A stretch of 64,000 bases of DNA from Thermodesulfovibrionales bacterium. GTDB taxonomy: Bacteria > Nitrospirota > Thermodesulfovibrionia > Thermodesulfovibrionales > SM23-35. A program made the position numbers and the translations under genes. The notes beneath the pieces were generated by a model, which saw only the letters and a program-made list of their open reading frames with translations, did no database searches and was not told where the DNA came from. Below, piece by piece: positions 1 through 8,985 of this stretch; the stretch's first letter is position 1; each line of letters starts with the position of its first letter. Where the stretch lies: NCBI GenBank assembly GCA_963716185.1, contig OY970295.1, positions 3,163,316-3,227,315 of the forward strand, read 5' to 3'.

Positions 1-85
1 GCAAGAAAAACGGACGACATACAGCATACGGTTAACAGCAAAAAATAAGCGGTCAATTTTTCCCGATTACTCTTTTTATTCATCT

Positions 86-2605
86 TCATGCTGCCGGTAC
101 GGAACTCAACGCCGAAAGTTTGTCCCTCAAAAACTTTCCGGTATAGGAGCCGGGATTGGAGCTGATTTCTTCGGGAGTGCCGTATGCGACAACCCTGCCT
201 CCTCCTTCGCCTCCTTCCGGGCCGAGGTCTATGATATAGTCTGCGGATTTTATAACATCGAGATTATGTTCTATGACAATGACAGTATTTCCGGAATCAA
301 CGAGCCTGTTTATAACGTTTACCAGTTTCTGGATATCGACAAAATGCAGCCCTGTTGTAGGCTCATCAAGGATATACAGTGTATTCACCCTTGATGTTCT
401 CCCGAGTTCTTTCGACAGCCTTACCCTTTGCGCTTCGCCGCCTGAAAGTGTCGAGGCTGGCTGGCCGATCTGCAGATAGCCGAGACCCACGTCCTCGAGT
501 ACTTCCAGTTTTTGTTGTATGGGCGGTATCGCGGAGAAAAACTGGAGCGCCTCGGAGATGGTCATGTCGAGCACCTCTGCGATATTTTTTTCTTTATATC
601 TGATATCAAGTGTCTCTTTGTTGTATCTTTTGCCCTTGCAGGTATCGCAAGGTATATAAACGTCCGGAAGGAAATGCATCTCAACTTTTTTCAGGCCGTC
701 TCCTTTGCAGGCTTCACACCTTCCGCCCGGAAGATTGAAGCTGAACCTGGATGCAGAATACCCCCTTATCCTCGAGTCGGATACCTGTGCAAAGAGGTCC
801 CTTACAAAGGAAAAGACACCGGTATATGTTGCGGGGTTGGACCTCGGCGTTTTTCCCAGCGGCGACTGGTCGACACTCGTAACCCGGCTTATCTTATCCA
901 TGCCTTTTATTTCTTTGTACCTGCCGGGCACGTGCCTGCTGCCGTAAATTTCTTTACAGAGGGCTTTATAGAGAATCTCGATTATGAGCGTGCTTTTGCC
1001 TGATCCCGAAACTCCCGTAACACACGAAAACACTCCGAGTGGTATATCTACGGCGATGTCCTTGAGGTTGAATTCCCGGGCGCCGGTAATCTTTATAAAG
1101 TCTCCCGGTATCCGTCTTCTCATGGGCACCTCTATTGCCAGCGACCCGTTGAGGAATTTTCCAGTAATAGAATTTGCATTTTTCTCTATCTCTTCCGGCC
1201 TGCCTGAAGCCGCGACCCATCCGCCCCTGAGTCCCGCACCCGGGCCCATATCCACAATATAATCAGCCCAGCGTATCGTCTCTTCGTCATGCTCGACGAC
1301 AACAACGGTATTGCCGGCGTCTTTTATGGCCGAGAGGCTTTCAAGGAGCTTTACGCAGTCCCTCGGGTGCATGCCGATGCTCGGTTCGTCGAGTACGTAC
1401 AGGACGCCTGTGAGAGAAGAGCCGAGTTGTGTCGCCAGCCTTATCCTCTGGGCCTCACCGCCCGAGAGCGTCAGGGACGGTCTGTCAAGCGAGAGATAAC
1501 CGAGGCCCACTTTTTCCATGAAGTGGAGCCTGTCTGTAACCTCTCTGAGAATGCGTGATGCGATTTCCTTTTCCCTGTCGGTAAGGTTCAAACTGCTGAT
1601 AAAATGCAGCGTTTCCTTTACAGGCAGCCTTGCGACTTCTCCGATATTCATGTCCTGGATCTTTATGCCCAATGCCTCCTTTCGCAATCTCAAGCCGTTG
1701 CATAGTCTGCAGTATCTGTATTCTTCGAGTTCTACAGAATCCTCATCAAGGTTCTCAAAGCCCAGACCGTTGCAAGCCGGGCATGCGCCCTGTCTGCTGT
1801 TGAACGAGAAAAACATGGGGTTTACATCAGGGTAGCTGATTCCACAGCGGGGACATACCGCTGTCTTCGAAAAAAGGATATCTCTTTTCTCCGCAAGCAG
1901 ATTTATCATTACCACATCCGCATAACTCAGCGCGGTTTCGATAGCATCTTTTAACTGACGCTCGATGCCGGGTTTTATAATCAGCCTGTCGATTACGATC
2001 TCGATGGTATGGCGTTTCTGTTTTTTAAGGCTGATGTCCTGCGTCAGGTCCGTCATTTCGCCGTCTATACGCGCCCGTATAAAACCCTCGCTGCGCATTT
2101 TCTGGAGCTCTTTTCTGTATTCTCCCTTTCTGTCCCTGACTATCGGGGAAAGGATCTGAATTCTGCTGCCCCCTGATAAAGACATGACCGAGTTGATGAT
2201 ATCCGCCGCTTCCTGTTTCGATATCGGAGAGCCGCAGCTATAACAGTACTGTCTTCCAATCCTCGTATAAAGTACGCGCAGGTAGTCATATATCTCCGTG
2301 ATTGTGCCGACGGTTGAACGCGGACTCCTGTTGACGGTTTTTTGGTCGATCGAAATGGAAGGGGAAAGTCCCTCGATATAGTCGACATCGGGTTTGCGGA
2401 GCTGTTCGATGAACTGTCTGGCATAAGCCGAAAGACTCTCGACGTAGCGCCTCTGTCCCTCGGCATAGATGGTATCGATGGCGAGCGATGATTTGCCTGA
2501 ACCCGATGGGCCCGTTATTACCGTCAACGCCTCTCTGGGTATGGAAAGGTCGATATTCTTGAGGTTATGCTCTCTTGCCCCCTTTATGACGATGAATTCC
2601 TGCAT
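86..2605 (-). CDS. uvrA: Excinuclease ABC subunit A (short form lacking the insertion domain)
   Basis: N-terminal GAREHNLKNI, two Walker A motifs (GPSGSGKS, GVSGSGKS), two LSGGEAQR signatures, CxxC zinc fingers. Confidence 0.96.
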   Translation of the reverse strand: MQEFIVIKGAREHNLKNIDLSIPREALTVITGPSGSGKSSLAIDTIYAEGQRRYVESLSAYARQFIEQLRKPDVDYIEGLSPSISIDQKTVNRSPRSTVGTITEIYDYLRVLYTRIGRQYCYSCGSPISKQEAADIINSVMSLSGGSRIQILSPIVRDRKGEYRKELQKMRSEGFIRARIDGEMTDLTQDISLKKQKRHTIEIVIDRLIIKPGIERQLKDAIETALSYADVVMINLLAEKRDILFSKTAVCPRCGISYPDVNPMFFSFNSRQGACPACNGLGFENLDEDSVELEEYRYCRLCNGLRLRKEALGIKIQDMNIGEVARLPVKETLHFISSLNLTDREKEIASRILREVTDRLHFMEKVGLGYLSLDRPSLTLSGGEAQRIRLATQLGSSLTGVLYVLDEPSIGMHPRDCVKLLESLSAIKDAGNTVVVVEHDEETIRWADYIVDMGPGAGLRGGWVAASGRPEEIEKNANSITGKFLNGSLAIEVPMRRRIPGDFIKITGAREFNLKDIAVDIPLGVFSCVTGVSGSGKSTLIIEILYKALCKEIYGSRHVPGRYKEIKGMDKISRVTSVDQSPLGKTPRSNPATYTGVFSFVRDLFAQVSDSRIRGYSASRFSFNLPGGRCEACKGDGLKKVEMHFLPDVYIPCDTCKGKRYNKETLDIRYKEKNIAEVLDMTISEALQFFSAIPPIQQKLEVLEDVGLGYLQIGQPASTLSGGEAQRVRLSKELGRTSRVNTLYILDEPTTGLHFVDIQKLVNVINRLVDSGNTVIVIEHNLDVIKSADYIIDLGPEGGEGGGRVVAYGTPEEISSNPGSYTGKFLRDKLSALSSVPAA

Positions 2606-2745
2606 AACAACTTAGTATAACACAGCGAATTTGAACTCTTTCTACGGGCCTTTGGCCGGAAAAGCGGGTGAAGTCCATATAATATCGTCCAGAGGTAGAG
2701 TGGGAGTTGTCGTATATATTTTGAGATTTGTGGTAGGATATATAG

Positions 2746-3120
2746 ATGAAAAAGGTCGTCTTGTTGCTAATGTTAGTATTGTTCCCTGCGATCTCTTATG
2801 CGCAGCCATCAATAGCTTTCGATGCTGAAAACTACGATTTTGGGACTGTGTCCAGTGGAGATTCGATAGAACACACCTTTGAATTTACGAATTCTGGGGA
2901 CAAGGAACTCGTCATCGAAAAGCTGGTCCCGTCCTGAGGGTGTGCAGCGGCAGTGGCCAGTTCGAGTCATTTGAACCCCGGAGAAAAGGGAAGGATTACC
3001 GCGAAGATTGATATAAAAGGAAGGGCCGGCGTAGTCTCGAAAAACATTCAGGTTTTTTCGAATGACCCCAAAAGGCATGTTGTTTCCCTTTTCATTAAGG
3101 CAATAATAAAAAAGCAATAA
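2746..3120 (+). CDS. DUF1573-family exported protein, probable selenoprotein (UGA 2935-2937 read as Sec, U-G-C motif)
   Basis: Signal peptide, then YDFG..HTFEFTNSGDKELVI..PS-UGA-GC. The frame stays open to TAA 3118-3120 with a family-like C-terminus (LNPGEKGRI..KNIQVFSNDP). Hairpin at 2960-2976. Confidence 0.8.
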
Positions 3121-3235
3121 CACAATTGTGAGTCGTATCTCTGTTCCTCTTTTGATGCCGGATAGATCGTTGAATTTCTATTTCTTGCAGAACCCCGTTT
3201 GATATAAAATAAAAATTAAATTAAGTGCCGGAACT

Positions 3236-3484
3236 ATGAGTATATTTAAAGAAAGCTGCCCGGGAAGCAGGGAAATCAGAACTCCTTACCCTGAAGAAAT
3301 AAAGTGTTTCTGGTGCGACACTGTTTCCGAGATTTGGTCTGATGAGGCGGAGATTGAGTGCAAAAGATGCAAGCGGACCATTTCGCGCGAGATGAAGCCT
3401 ACCTGTATTGAATGGTGTCCCTCGGCAAAAGAATGCATCGGCGTCGAGAAATACGAAAGGCTGATGAAAGGAAAGAAGAGATAA
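3236..3484 (+). CDS. Small Cys-rich putative metal-binding protein
   Basis: 82 aa with CPG, CxxC, CxxC and CxxxC-x5-C pattern. Confidence 0.7.
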   Translation: MSIFKESCPGSREIRTPYPEEIKCFWCDTVSEIWSDEAEIECKRCKRTISREMKPTCIEWCPSAKECIGVEKYERLMKGKKR

Positions 3485-3492
3485 GTCCGTGC

Positions 3493-4350
3493 CTATGGAT
3501 GGGAACAGAGCGCATCGGCCTCTCTTTTTAAAATCTTCGCAAGGCCCTTATCAAGGCCGCTCTTTTTCATGAAAGTTTCTTCTTCCATATCCGCAATATC
3601 CATGGCAAGGACAATGCCATTACTGAAGAGTGTCTCCACTGAGTTCCTCGTGACGGAAGAAAGGATAGTTACAGGATAAAGCCTGTTATTTTCGATCATT
3701 TTCTCCAGGCTTTCCTTTTCAGGGTACTTCCAGCTTACTATCTTCAGCCCGGTACATTCGGCATATTTTATCGCGTCAGAAGAACATCGGGTATTTGTCA
3801 CCAGCCATCCCTGCTGTATCATAACGTTTTTTTCAGGCATAAAGTCATAGGCCTTCTTGATGTCCGCATATCTTGAATGAACATAGAGCGCAATCTTTAC
3901 ATCGGCGGGGATCCCTCCGTTGCTGTGGTATTTGCACTCTATGACGTGCCACTTATCGTCTTTGCCCGCGAAGACATCTACTTCATGTGTAACGCAGTAT
4001 CCCTTTATAATGCGGTTTACTTCCACTGAATACCCATATGTCCTGAGAATTCTCGCGAAATATTTCTCGAATTGATAGCCCGCAGGCCCGAGGGAATAGA
4101 TCGCTTTTTTGATGGAATACCTCATGTCCGAAACCCTGTTGTATTGTCTCAGCAACCTCTTTGCCATCCTGAAGATGTGTTTCGTATGAGAGCCATGGGT
4201 GACCTGCCTTTGGACTTTTCTTGCTATGTCCCAGGCCATGTCCTCTGATGCCCCCGACCTGATAAGCGAATCGACAAGCTTTTCAATAAGGAACTCTTCC
4301 GGCTGTCCCGATGCCTTTATTATTTTCAGCGGCATCGGAAATATTACCAC
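3493..4350 (-). CDS. ATP-cone domain plus Mrr-like restriction endonuclease domain protein
   Basis: N-terminal IIKASGQPEEF..KLVDSLIRSG (ATP cone), FEKYF, HEVDV..IECK (PD-(D/E)xK). True start may be ATG 4335. Confidence 0.75.
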   Translation of the reverse strand: MVIFPMPLKIIKASGQPEEFLIEKLVDSLIRSGASEDMAWDIARKVQRQVTHGSHTKHIFRMAKRLLRQYNRVSDMRYSIKKAIYSLGPAGYQFEKYFARILRTYGYSVEVNRIIKGYCVTHEVDVFAGKDDKWHVIECKYHSNGGIPADVKIALYVHSRYADIKKAYDFMPEKNVMIQQGWLVTNTRCSSDAIKYAECTGLKIVSWKYPEKESLEKMIENNRLYPVTILSSVTRNSVETLFSNGIVLAMDIADMEEETFMKKSGLDKGLAKILKREADALCSHP

Positions 4351-4487
4351 ATATGACGACTATCTGAAAATAAGTGTTCGGATTACGGGCAAAAAGGTGT
4401 AGCTGGAAAAGCTTTTTCAACGCATCTGCCCTCACAAATTGAATAAAAGTTATGCGACTGGTGGGTAAACGTAGTAAAGATTTTTTG

Positions 4488-4690
4488 ACCCGAAAAATGC
4501 GGTTGATCTCAGATTCAGGCAGGCATAGTGACATAAAAATCTTGACAATGCAGAATTTGGGTTTTTTTCGCCATATATTTCTTCTGGATAAAAATATCCG
4601 GGCGGCCTTGATATCTGATCACCCACAAAGGAGCTGCTGTCAAGCTTTTTCTGCCACTATGCCTCCCCGGATATTTAGTGAATCGCAATT
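4488..4690. mobile_element. MITE-like ~217-bp repeat, copy 1 (right end degraded)
   Basis: Starts ACCCGAAAAATGC and aligns by eye with copies at 8697, 48669 and 61698. Internal inverted repeat 4523-4547/4638-4662. Confidence 0.8.
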
Positions 4691-4722
4691 ATTATTAACC
4701 CGGCGATTAAATAGCTTAATTC

Positions 4723-4798
4723 TGTCATTCCGGCTTGTCCGGAATCTTTCCGGGCTTCTCGGAGGGATTCCCGACGCGCTTCGCTTGCGGGAATGACA
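4723..4798. repeat. REP-like palindromic element (GTCATTCC...GGAATGAC type)
   Basis: TGTCATTCCGGC..GGAATC...GATTCCCG..CGGGAATGACA nested inverted repeats. Confidence 0.7.
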
Positions 4799-4956
4799 TT
4801 CCTTTTAAGCATGTACATAACACCAGTCATTTGTGAGACACAAACTATGAGGTTTGCATTCATGTGTATCATAAATTAGAGCTTGTTGCATTACAGGGGT
4901 ATTTCAGTGTATCAGCCCTTGTTTCATGCAACCGGTACCCGTAATCGTACGGGAAT

Positions 4957-5743
4957 GTGTTAATATTTCAAAACTATATGCAATCTATTTTGTCACTACT
5001 GCAATGGATCTTTTTAATTCCTGTTGTCGGCGGCTCTATCTATGCAGTTTTATGCCTGATTGCCGTTTTACGCTTTCGCAAAAAGGCGGTTTCCCCAACG
5101 CCAAGTAATTGGCCGCCTGTCACGGTTCTCAAGCCGGTGTGCGGCCTTGAGAAGAACCAGAGGGAAAACCTGCGGAGCGCATGCCTGCAGGATTATCCCG
5201 AGTTTCAGGTTGTTTATTCCGTGCAGAACCTGGACGATCCGGTTATCCCGCTCCTCAAGGAAATTCAGCGGGAGTTCGGCCCTGAAAGAGTCTCTGTTGC
5301 TGTTGAAAGTATAAGGTTCGACACGAACGGAAAGATCAACAACTTAATGGGTGCGCTGCCTAATGCAAGATATGACATCCTTATAATCAGTGACAGCGAT
5401 GTGTACCACCCGCACAGCGGAGCCCGCCGGTTTTTTTGCGAGCGTGCTGACTCGTGCGGTCCCGTTCGCAGTTTTTTTCGCCGCTGTCAGGATGGCAGAC
5501 ATGCCGGGGCTGATGGTTTTGTGCGGAGCTGTCGCACTCCGTATTATAACGGCGGCAGCGATCATGTTGTGGAGGATCGGGGATTATCAGGGTTTGAGAA
5601 GTCTGCCCCTTCTCCCCTTAAGAGAAATGGCTGCCTTTGTCTCCTGGTTTTTGTCCTTTACAAAAAAAACCGTCCGCTGGAAGGATTCTGAATTCAGTCT
5701 CACACGGGACGGACGCCTCGTTTCAAGAGAATCGAAGCCGTGA
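4957..5743 (+). pseudogene. HpnI-like family 2 glycosyltransferase pseudogene with internal deletion and frameshift
   Basis: N-terminal half (VTVLKPVCG..NGKINNL..ISDSDV) ends at ~5403. The C-terminal membrane part (TRTAEPAGFF..VRWKDSEF) continues in another frame. The middle part present in the intact paralog 40430-41581 is missing. Confidence 0.8.
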
Positions 5744-5777
5744 GATGTTCCGGCCGGCCCGGATCAATTGAAGATGA

Positions 5778-6260
5778 CTAAAGGACCTTTGGCTTGTCCC
5801 TTCTGGAATTTACTATGCAGAAGAAGCCGAAAGGTTCTTTAAAAGGATTTCTCAACTGGTGGGGCATATCAGGGCCGATGTAAAGCGTATCGAGAAAACC
5901 GATCCTGTATTTTCCGTTGCCCGCAATACAAACTCCTCTGCCTCTCATGCCGACGACGACATGCTCATGTTTATGCATCTCGAAGCTGCTATAGCCGCCC
6001 GGAGCAATCTCGAAATATCTGAGATGAAATTTTGGTGTTTCTCCGTGATTTCCGATCAACGTCCGCCTCAAGATTCCAGACCATTCGCCCTTGCCCGGTT
6101 TATATCTTTCGGTCTTTATGCCTTTCCATTTGAAGTCTCCCTTGTACCTGTAAACCCTGCTTTTATTTTCTGCCCGATTTTTGTTTGACCCGCGGGGTTT
6201 GCTCTTCCAGTCACAGGATATGGGGGGATTTTTCTTTTCAGGCACCTGATCTCCTTTCAA
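5778..6260 (-). CDS. Cupin domain protein
   Basis: LRYFEIAPGG..HKHEH..PHQLRN cupin metal motifs. Confidence 0.85.
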   Translation of the reverse strand: MKGDQVPEKKNPPISCDWKSKPRGSNKNRAENKSRVYRYKGDFKWKGIKTERYKPGKGEWSGILRRTLIGNHGETPKFHLRYFEIAPGGYSSFEMHKHEHVVVGMRGRGVCIAGNGKYRIGFLDTLYIGPDMPHQLRNPFKEPFGFFCIVNSRRDKPKVL

Positions 6261-7282
6261 TCAAACACAATAACGCTCTTTAAAGAATCCTTTGCCTCTG
6301 CAGTCAGCCTGAATGCATCCGCTGTCTTCTCAATGGAAAATCTGTGAGTGACAAGTTTTTCAGCTTTTACAATTCCTTCTGCTATTAGTTCGAGGGCATC
6401 CGCCGTGTCTGTCGGGCCGCACGAATAACTCGTAATGATATTTATGTCCTTGAAATACAGATCATTCGGTTCAATGGTGAGCTCTTCCCCCGGTTTGGCA
6501 GGCGTAAAGAACAGAACTCTTCCACCTGCGCCGGCGGCCGATATTCCCTGTTTCATTGCCTCGACACTGTTCGGCCCTACTATGACAAGGTCTGCCATTT
6601 CTCCGCGTGTCAGCTCTCTAAAAGAATCTAAAAGATTGTCCCGTGAGACATCGATGACCTCATCGGCCCCGTACTCTCCGGCCTTTTCAAGCCTGAAGGG
6701 AACCATGTCGGCGCCGATAATTTTTTCAGCCCCATATTTTCTCGCCAGCAATATATTCAGCTGTCCCATCGCGCCGAGACCAATGACAAGTACTGTATCT
6801 CCATGCAATATGCGGGCTCTTTTCAACGCTTTTACCGCGCAGGCAGTCGGTTCGATCAACGAACCGTCTTCATAAGTCAAATTGTCCGGGATATTAAGAG
6901 TATCATTTTCGAGATTGATCCCGGGTATCAGGATATATTCAGAAATACCTCCCGGAATTATTTTTGTACTTTTCCACGTGTCGCACTGTACATAGTCTCC
7001 CCTTTTGCAGTATCTGCAGGTGAAACACGGCGCGTGATGGTGTACAAATACTCTCTCGCCGATCTTAAATGATGTCACTTCTTTACCAATTTCAACAATC
7101 TCTCCGACCGGCTCATGCCCTAAAACCAGCGGGGCTTTTTTCTCTATATACCAGGGCATGACATCTCCCGAGCATATGCCGCAAACTTTTGTTTTGATGA
7201 GCGCATCATGAGGGCCTATCTCGGGGACCGGGACGTCCTCAATTCTTATGTCATCAAAACTGTAAAGTCTCGCAACTCTCAA
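6257..7282 (-). CDS. Zinc-dependent alcohol/polyol dehydrogenase (MDR family)
   Basis: GICSGD, GHEPVG, CxxCxxC-x7-C structural Zn site, GLGAMG. Confidence 0.9.
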   Translation of the reverse strand: MRVARLYSFDDIRIEDVPVPEIGPHDALIKTKVCGICSGDVMPWYIEKKAPLVLGHEPVGEIVEIGKEVTSFKIGERVFVHHHAPCFTCRYCKRGDYVQCDTWKSTKIIPGGISEYILIPGINLENDTLNIPDNLTYEDGSLIEPTACAVKALKRARILHGDTVLVIGLGAMGQLNILLARKYGAEKIIGADMVPFRLEKAGEYGADEVIDVSRDNLLDSFRELTRGEMADLVIVGPNSVEAMKQGISAAGAGGRVLFFTPAKPGEELTIEPNDLYFKDINIITSYSCGPTDTADALELIAEGIVKAEKLVTHRFSIEKTADAFRLTAEAKDSLKSVIVFD

Positions 7283-7376
7283 CGTAAAAAGACCTCTCTC
7301 TTTTGCCTTATTATCTTCAAAAAATGCAATTGAATAATGTCTGCATTAGTCGGGATAAACATTAAAGCGAAAAAAT

Positions 7377-8408
7377 TTACGGGATGATCGCATACTTTAT
7401 CCCAACTCCCCCGGACAACTTTTCAAAAGCCTTTTGCGCCTGCCTGAGAGGGTATCTGCCGGATATAAGCCTTGAGACACCAAGTTTTCCCCCGCGCAGG
7501 AAGTCATAAGCTTTCTTTACATCCGCCGGGGTAAAATGGAAAACACCTTTTAAGGTTATTTCGTCGTAATGAAGTTTGCCTGTGCCGTAAGTGACCGTCG
7601 TACCCGACTGGCAGCCTCCGAAGAGGATGACGGTCCCGCCTCTTCTGACGTAATTCACAGACGATTCCCAGACGCCCGGCATTCCTGTACATTCAAACAC
7701 ATAATCGAATCCGGGAAAATTCCTGCATCCGCCCTTTGCCGGTTTTTTCAACTTGTTTTCGAGATTGTCGGGTTTCAATATGAAATCCGCGCCGAGCTTT
7801 TTGGCCACCGAAAGTTTTCTGTCGTGTTTATCCATCACAGACACCGTTGCACCTTTTCTTTTCAGAAGCAGCAGATGGAGAAGTCCGATCGGGCCGGCTC
7901 CTATAACGAGGGTTTGATCGCCTTTAGCTGCATCCGCGGATTCCATCCCATGGATCACGCAGGATAGGGGCTCAAGAAATGCAGCCTCCTCAAAGGGCAG
8001 ATCCTTCGGTTTCCGGAACACGTTCTGCCTTACGATGTGAGCAGGCAACAAGATATATTCTGCAAACGCTCCGAGAACTTTTGTGCTCATGATATTATCA
8101 CAAAGGTTAAAAAGTTTCTTTCTGCAATATCCACATTCGAGGCAGGGGGCGCTGTGCACGGCCATTACTTCATCTCCCTCTTTGAATCTTCTGACCCCTC
8201 TGCCGACCTTTGCTACTGTCCCGGAGAATTCATGGCCGAAGACTCCAGGCATCGGAATAACGGGATGACCGCGTTTAAACGCCTTCAGGTCGGTACCGCA
8301 GGTTAGGGCAGCCTTGATCTTCAGAAGTATTTCACCGCGAGCGGGTATAGGCTCAGGAATCTCACTCAGGACTATTTTGCCGGGATTAACAAGGATATTG
8401 GCGAGCAC
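7377..8408 (-). CDS. Zinc-dependent alcohol/polyol dehydrogenase (MDR family)
   Basis: TCGTD, GHEFSG, CLECGYC..C, GAGPIG. Confidence 0.9.
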   Translation of the reverse strand: MLANILVNPGKIVLSEIPEPIPARGEILLKIKAALTCGTDLKAFKRGHPVIPMPGVFGHEFSGTVAKVGRGVRRFKEGDEVMAVHSAPCLECGYCRKKLFNLCDNIMSTKVLGAFAEYILLPAHIVRQNVFRKPKDLPFEEAAFLEPLSCVIHGMESADAAKGDQTLVIGAGPIGLLHLLLLKRKGATVSVMDKHDRKLSVAKKLGADFILKPDNLENKLKKPAKGGCRNFPGFDYVFECTGMPGVWESSVNYVRRGGTVILFGGCQSGTTVTYGTGKLHYDEITLKGVFHFTPADVKKAYDFLRGGKLGVSRLISGRYPLRQAQKAFEKLSGGVGIKYAIIP

Positions 8409-8409
8409 G

Positions 8410-8658
8410 TCAAATCTCGATTTTGCCGCCCGCTATCTGTCCGATAACAGCAGCCAATACGAAGAGCGGGATATATTTCATTCCGATATGGGAAACTGTC
8501 CTTGCAAGGAATATAAGAGGTATGGGCAAATGGATATAAAGGAACCAGCGAAAGGAATATTTCTTTGCCTTTGCCCTGGCGCGGCCGAATGGCAGATTAA
8601 TCAGAAGGGTGAAAGCGAACAGAATGAGGATAGTATATAACTTGTTATGGAATATCAT
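8410..8658 (-). CDS. Small membrane protein, hypothetical
   Basis: 82 aa, three hydrophobic segments, NLPFG..WFLYIHLPIP. Lies 1 nt from the next gene. Confidence 0.7.
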   Translation of the reverse strand: MIFHNKLYTILILFAFTLLINLPFGRARAKAKKYSFRWFLYIHLPIPLIFLARTVSHIGMKYIPLFVLAAVIGQIAGGKIEI

Positions 8659-8696
8659 TCTTCAAAAATAACTGAAAGAACTGATCCAAGTCAATT

Positions 8697-8914
8697 ACCC
8701 GAAAAATGCGGTTGATCACATATTCAGTCAGGCATAGTGACATAAAAATCCCGAAAGCCTTCGGGACAGAATTTGGGTTTTTTATGCCATATATTTTTCT
8801 TCTGAATAAAAATATCCAGGCGGCCTTGATATCTGATCGCCCACAAAGGTGCTGCCGTCAAGCTTTTTCTACCACTATACCTCCCCGCATATTTGGTGAA
8901 GTACATTTTTGGGG
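8697..8914. mobile_element. MITE-like ~217-bp repeat, copy 2
   Basis: ACCCGAAAAATGC...TTTTTGGGG, near-identical to the other copies. Confidence 0.85.
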
Positions 8915-8932
8915 ATTACGGGAAAGTAAAAT

Positions 8933-8961
8933 TTGACAGGGTTATAAGGGGTTGTTAGGAT
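8933..8961 (+). promoter_or_regulatory. Putative sigma-70 promoter
   Basis: TTGACA-N17-TAGGAT, 25 nt upstream of the ATG at 8986. Confidence 0.5.
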
Positions 8962-8985
8962 TTTATATGAAAGCGGGTCGCGTTT

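Noticed and set aside
4452-4796. Similar small ORFs at 4452-4796, 8706-8936, 8724-8906 and 48685-48975 that look like a protein family
   Set aside because: They are translations of the MITE copies. Frames and stops are not conserved between copies.
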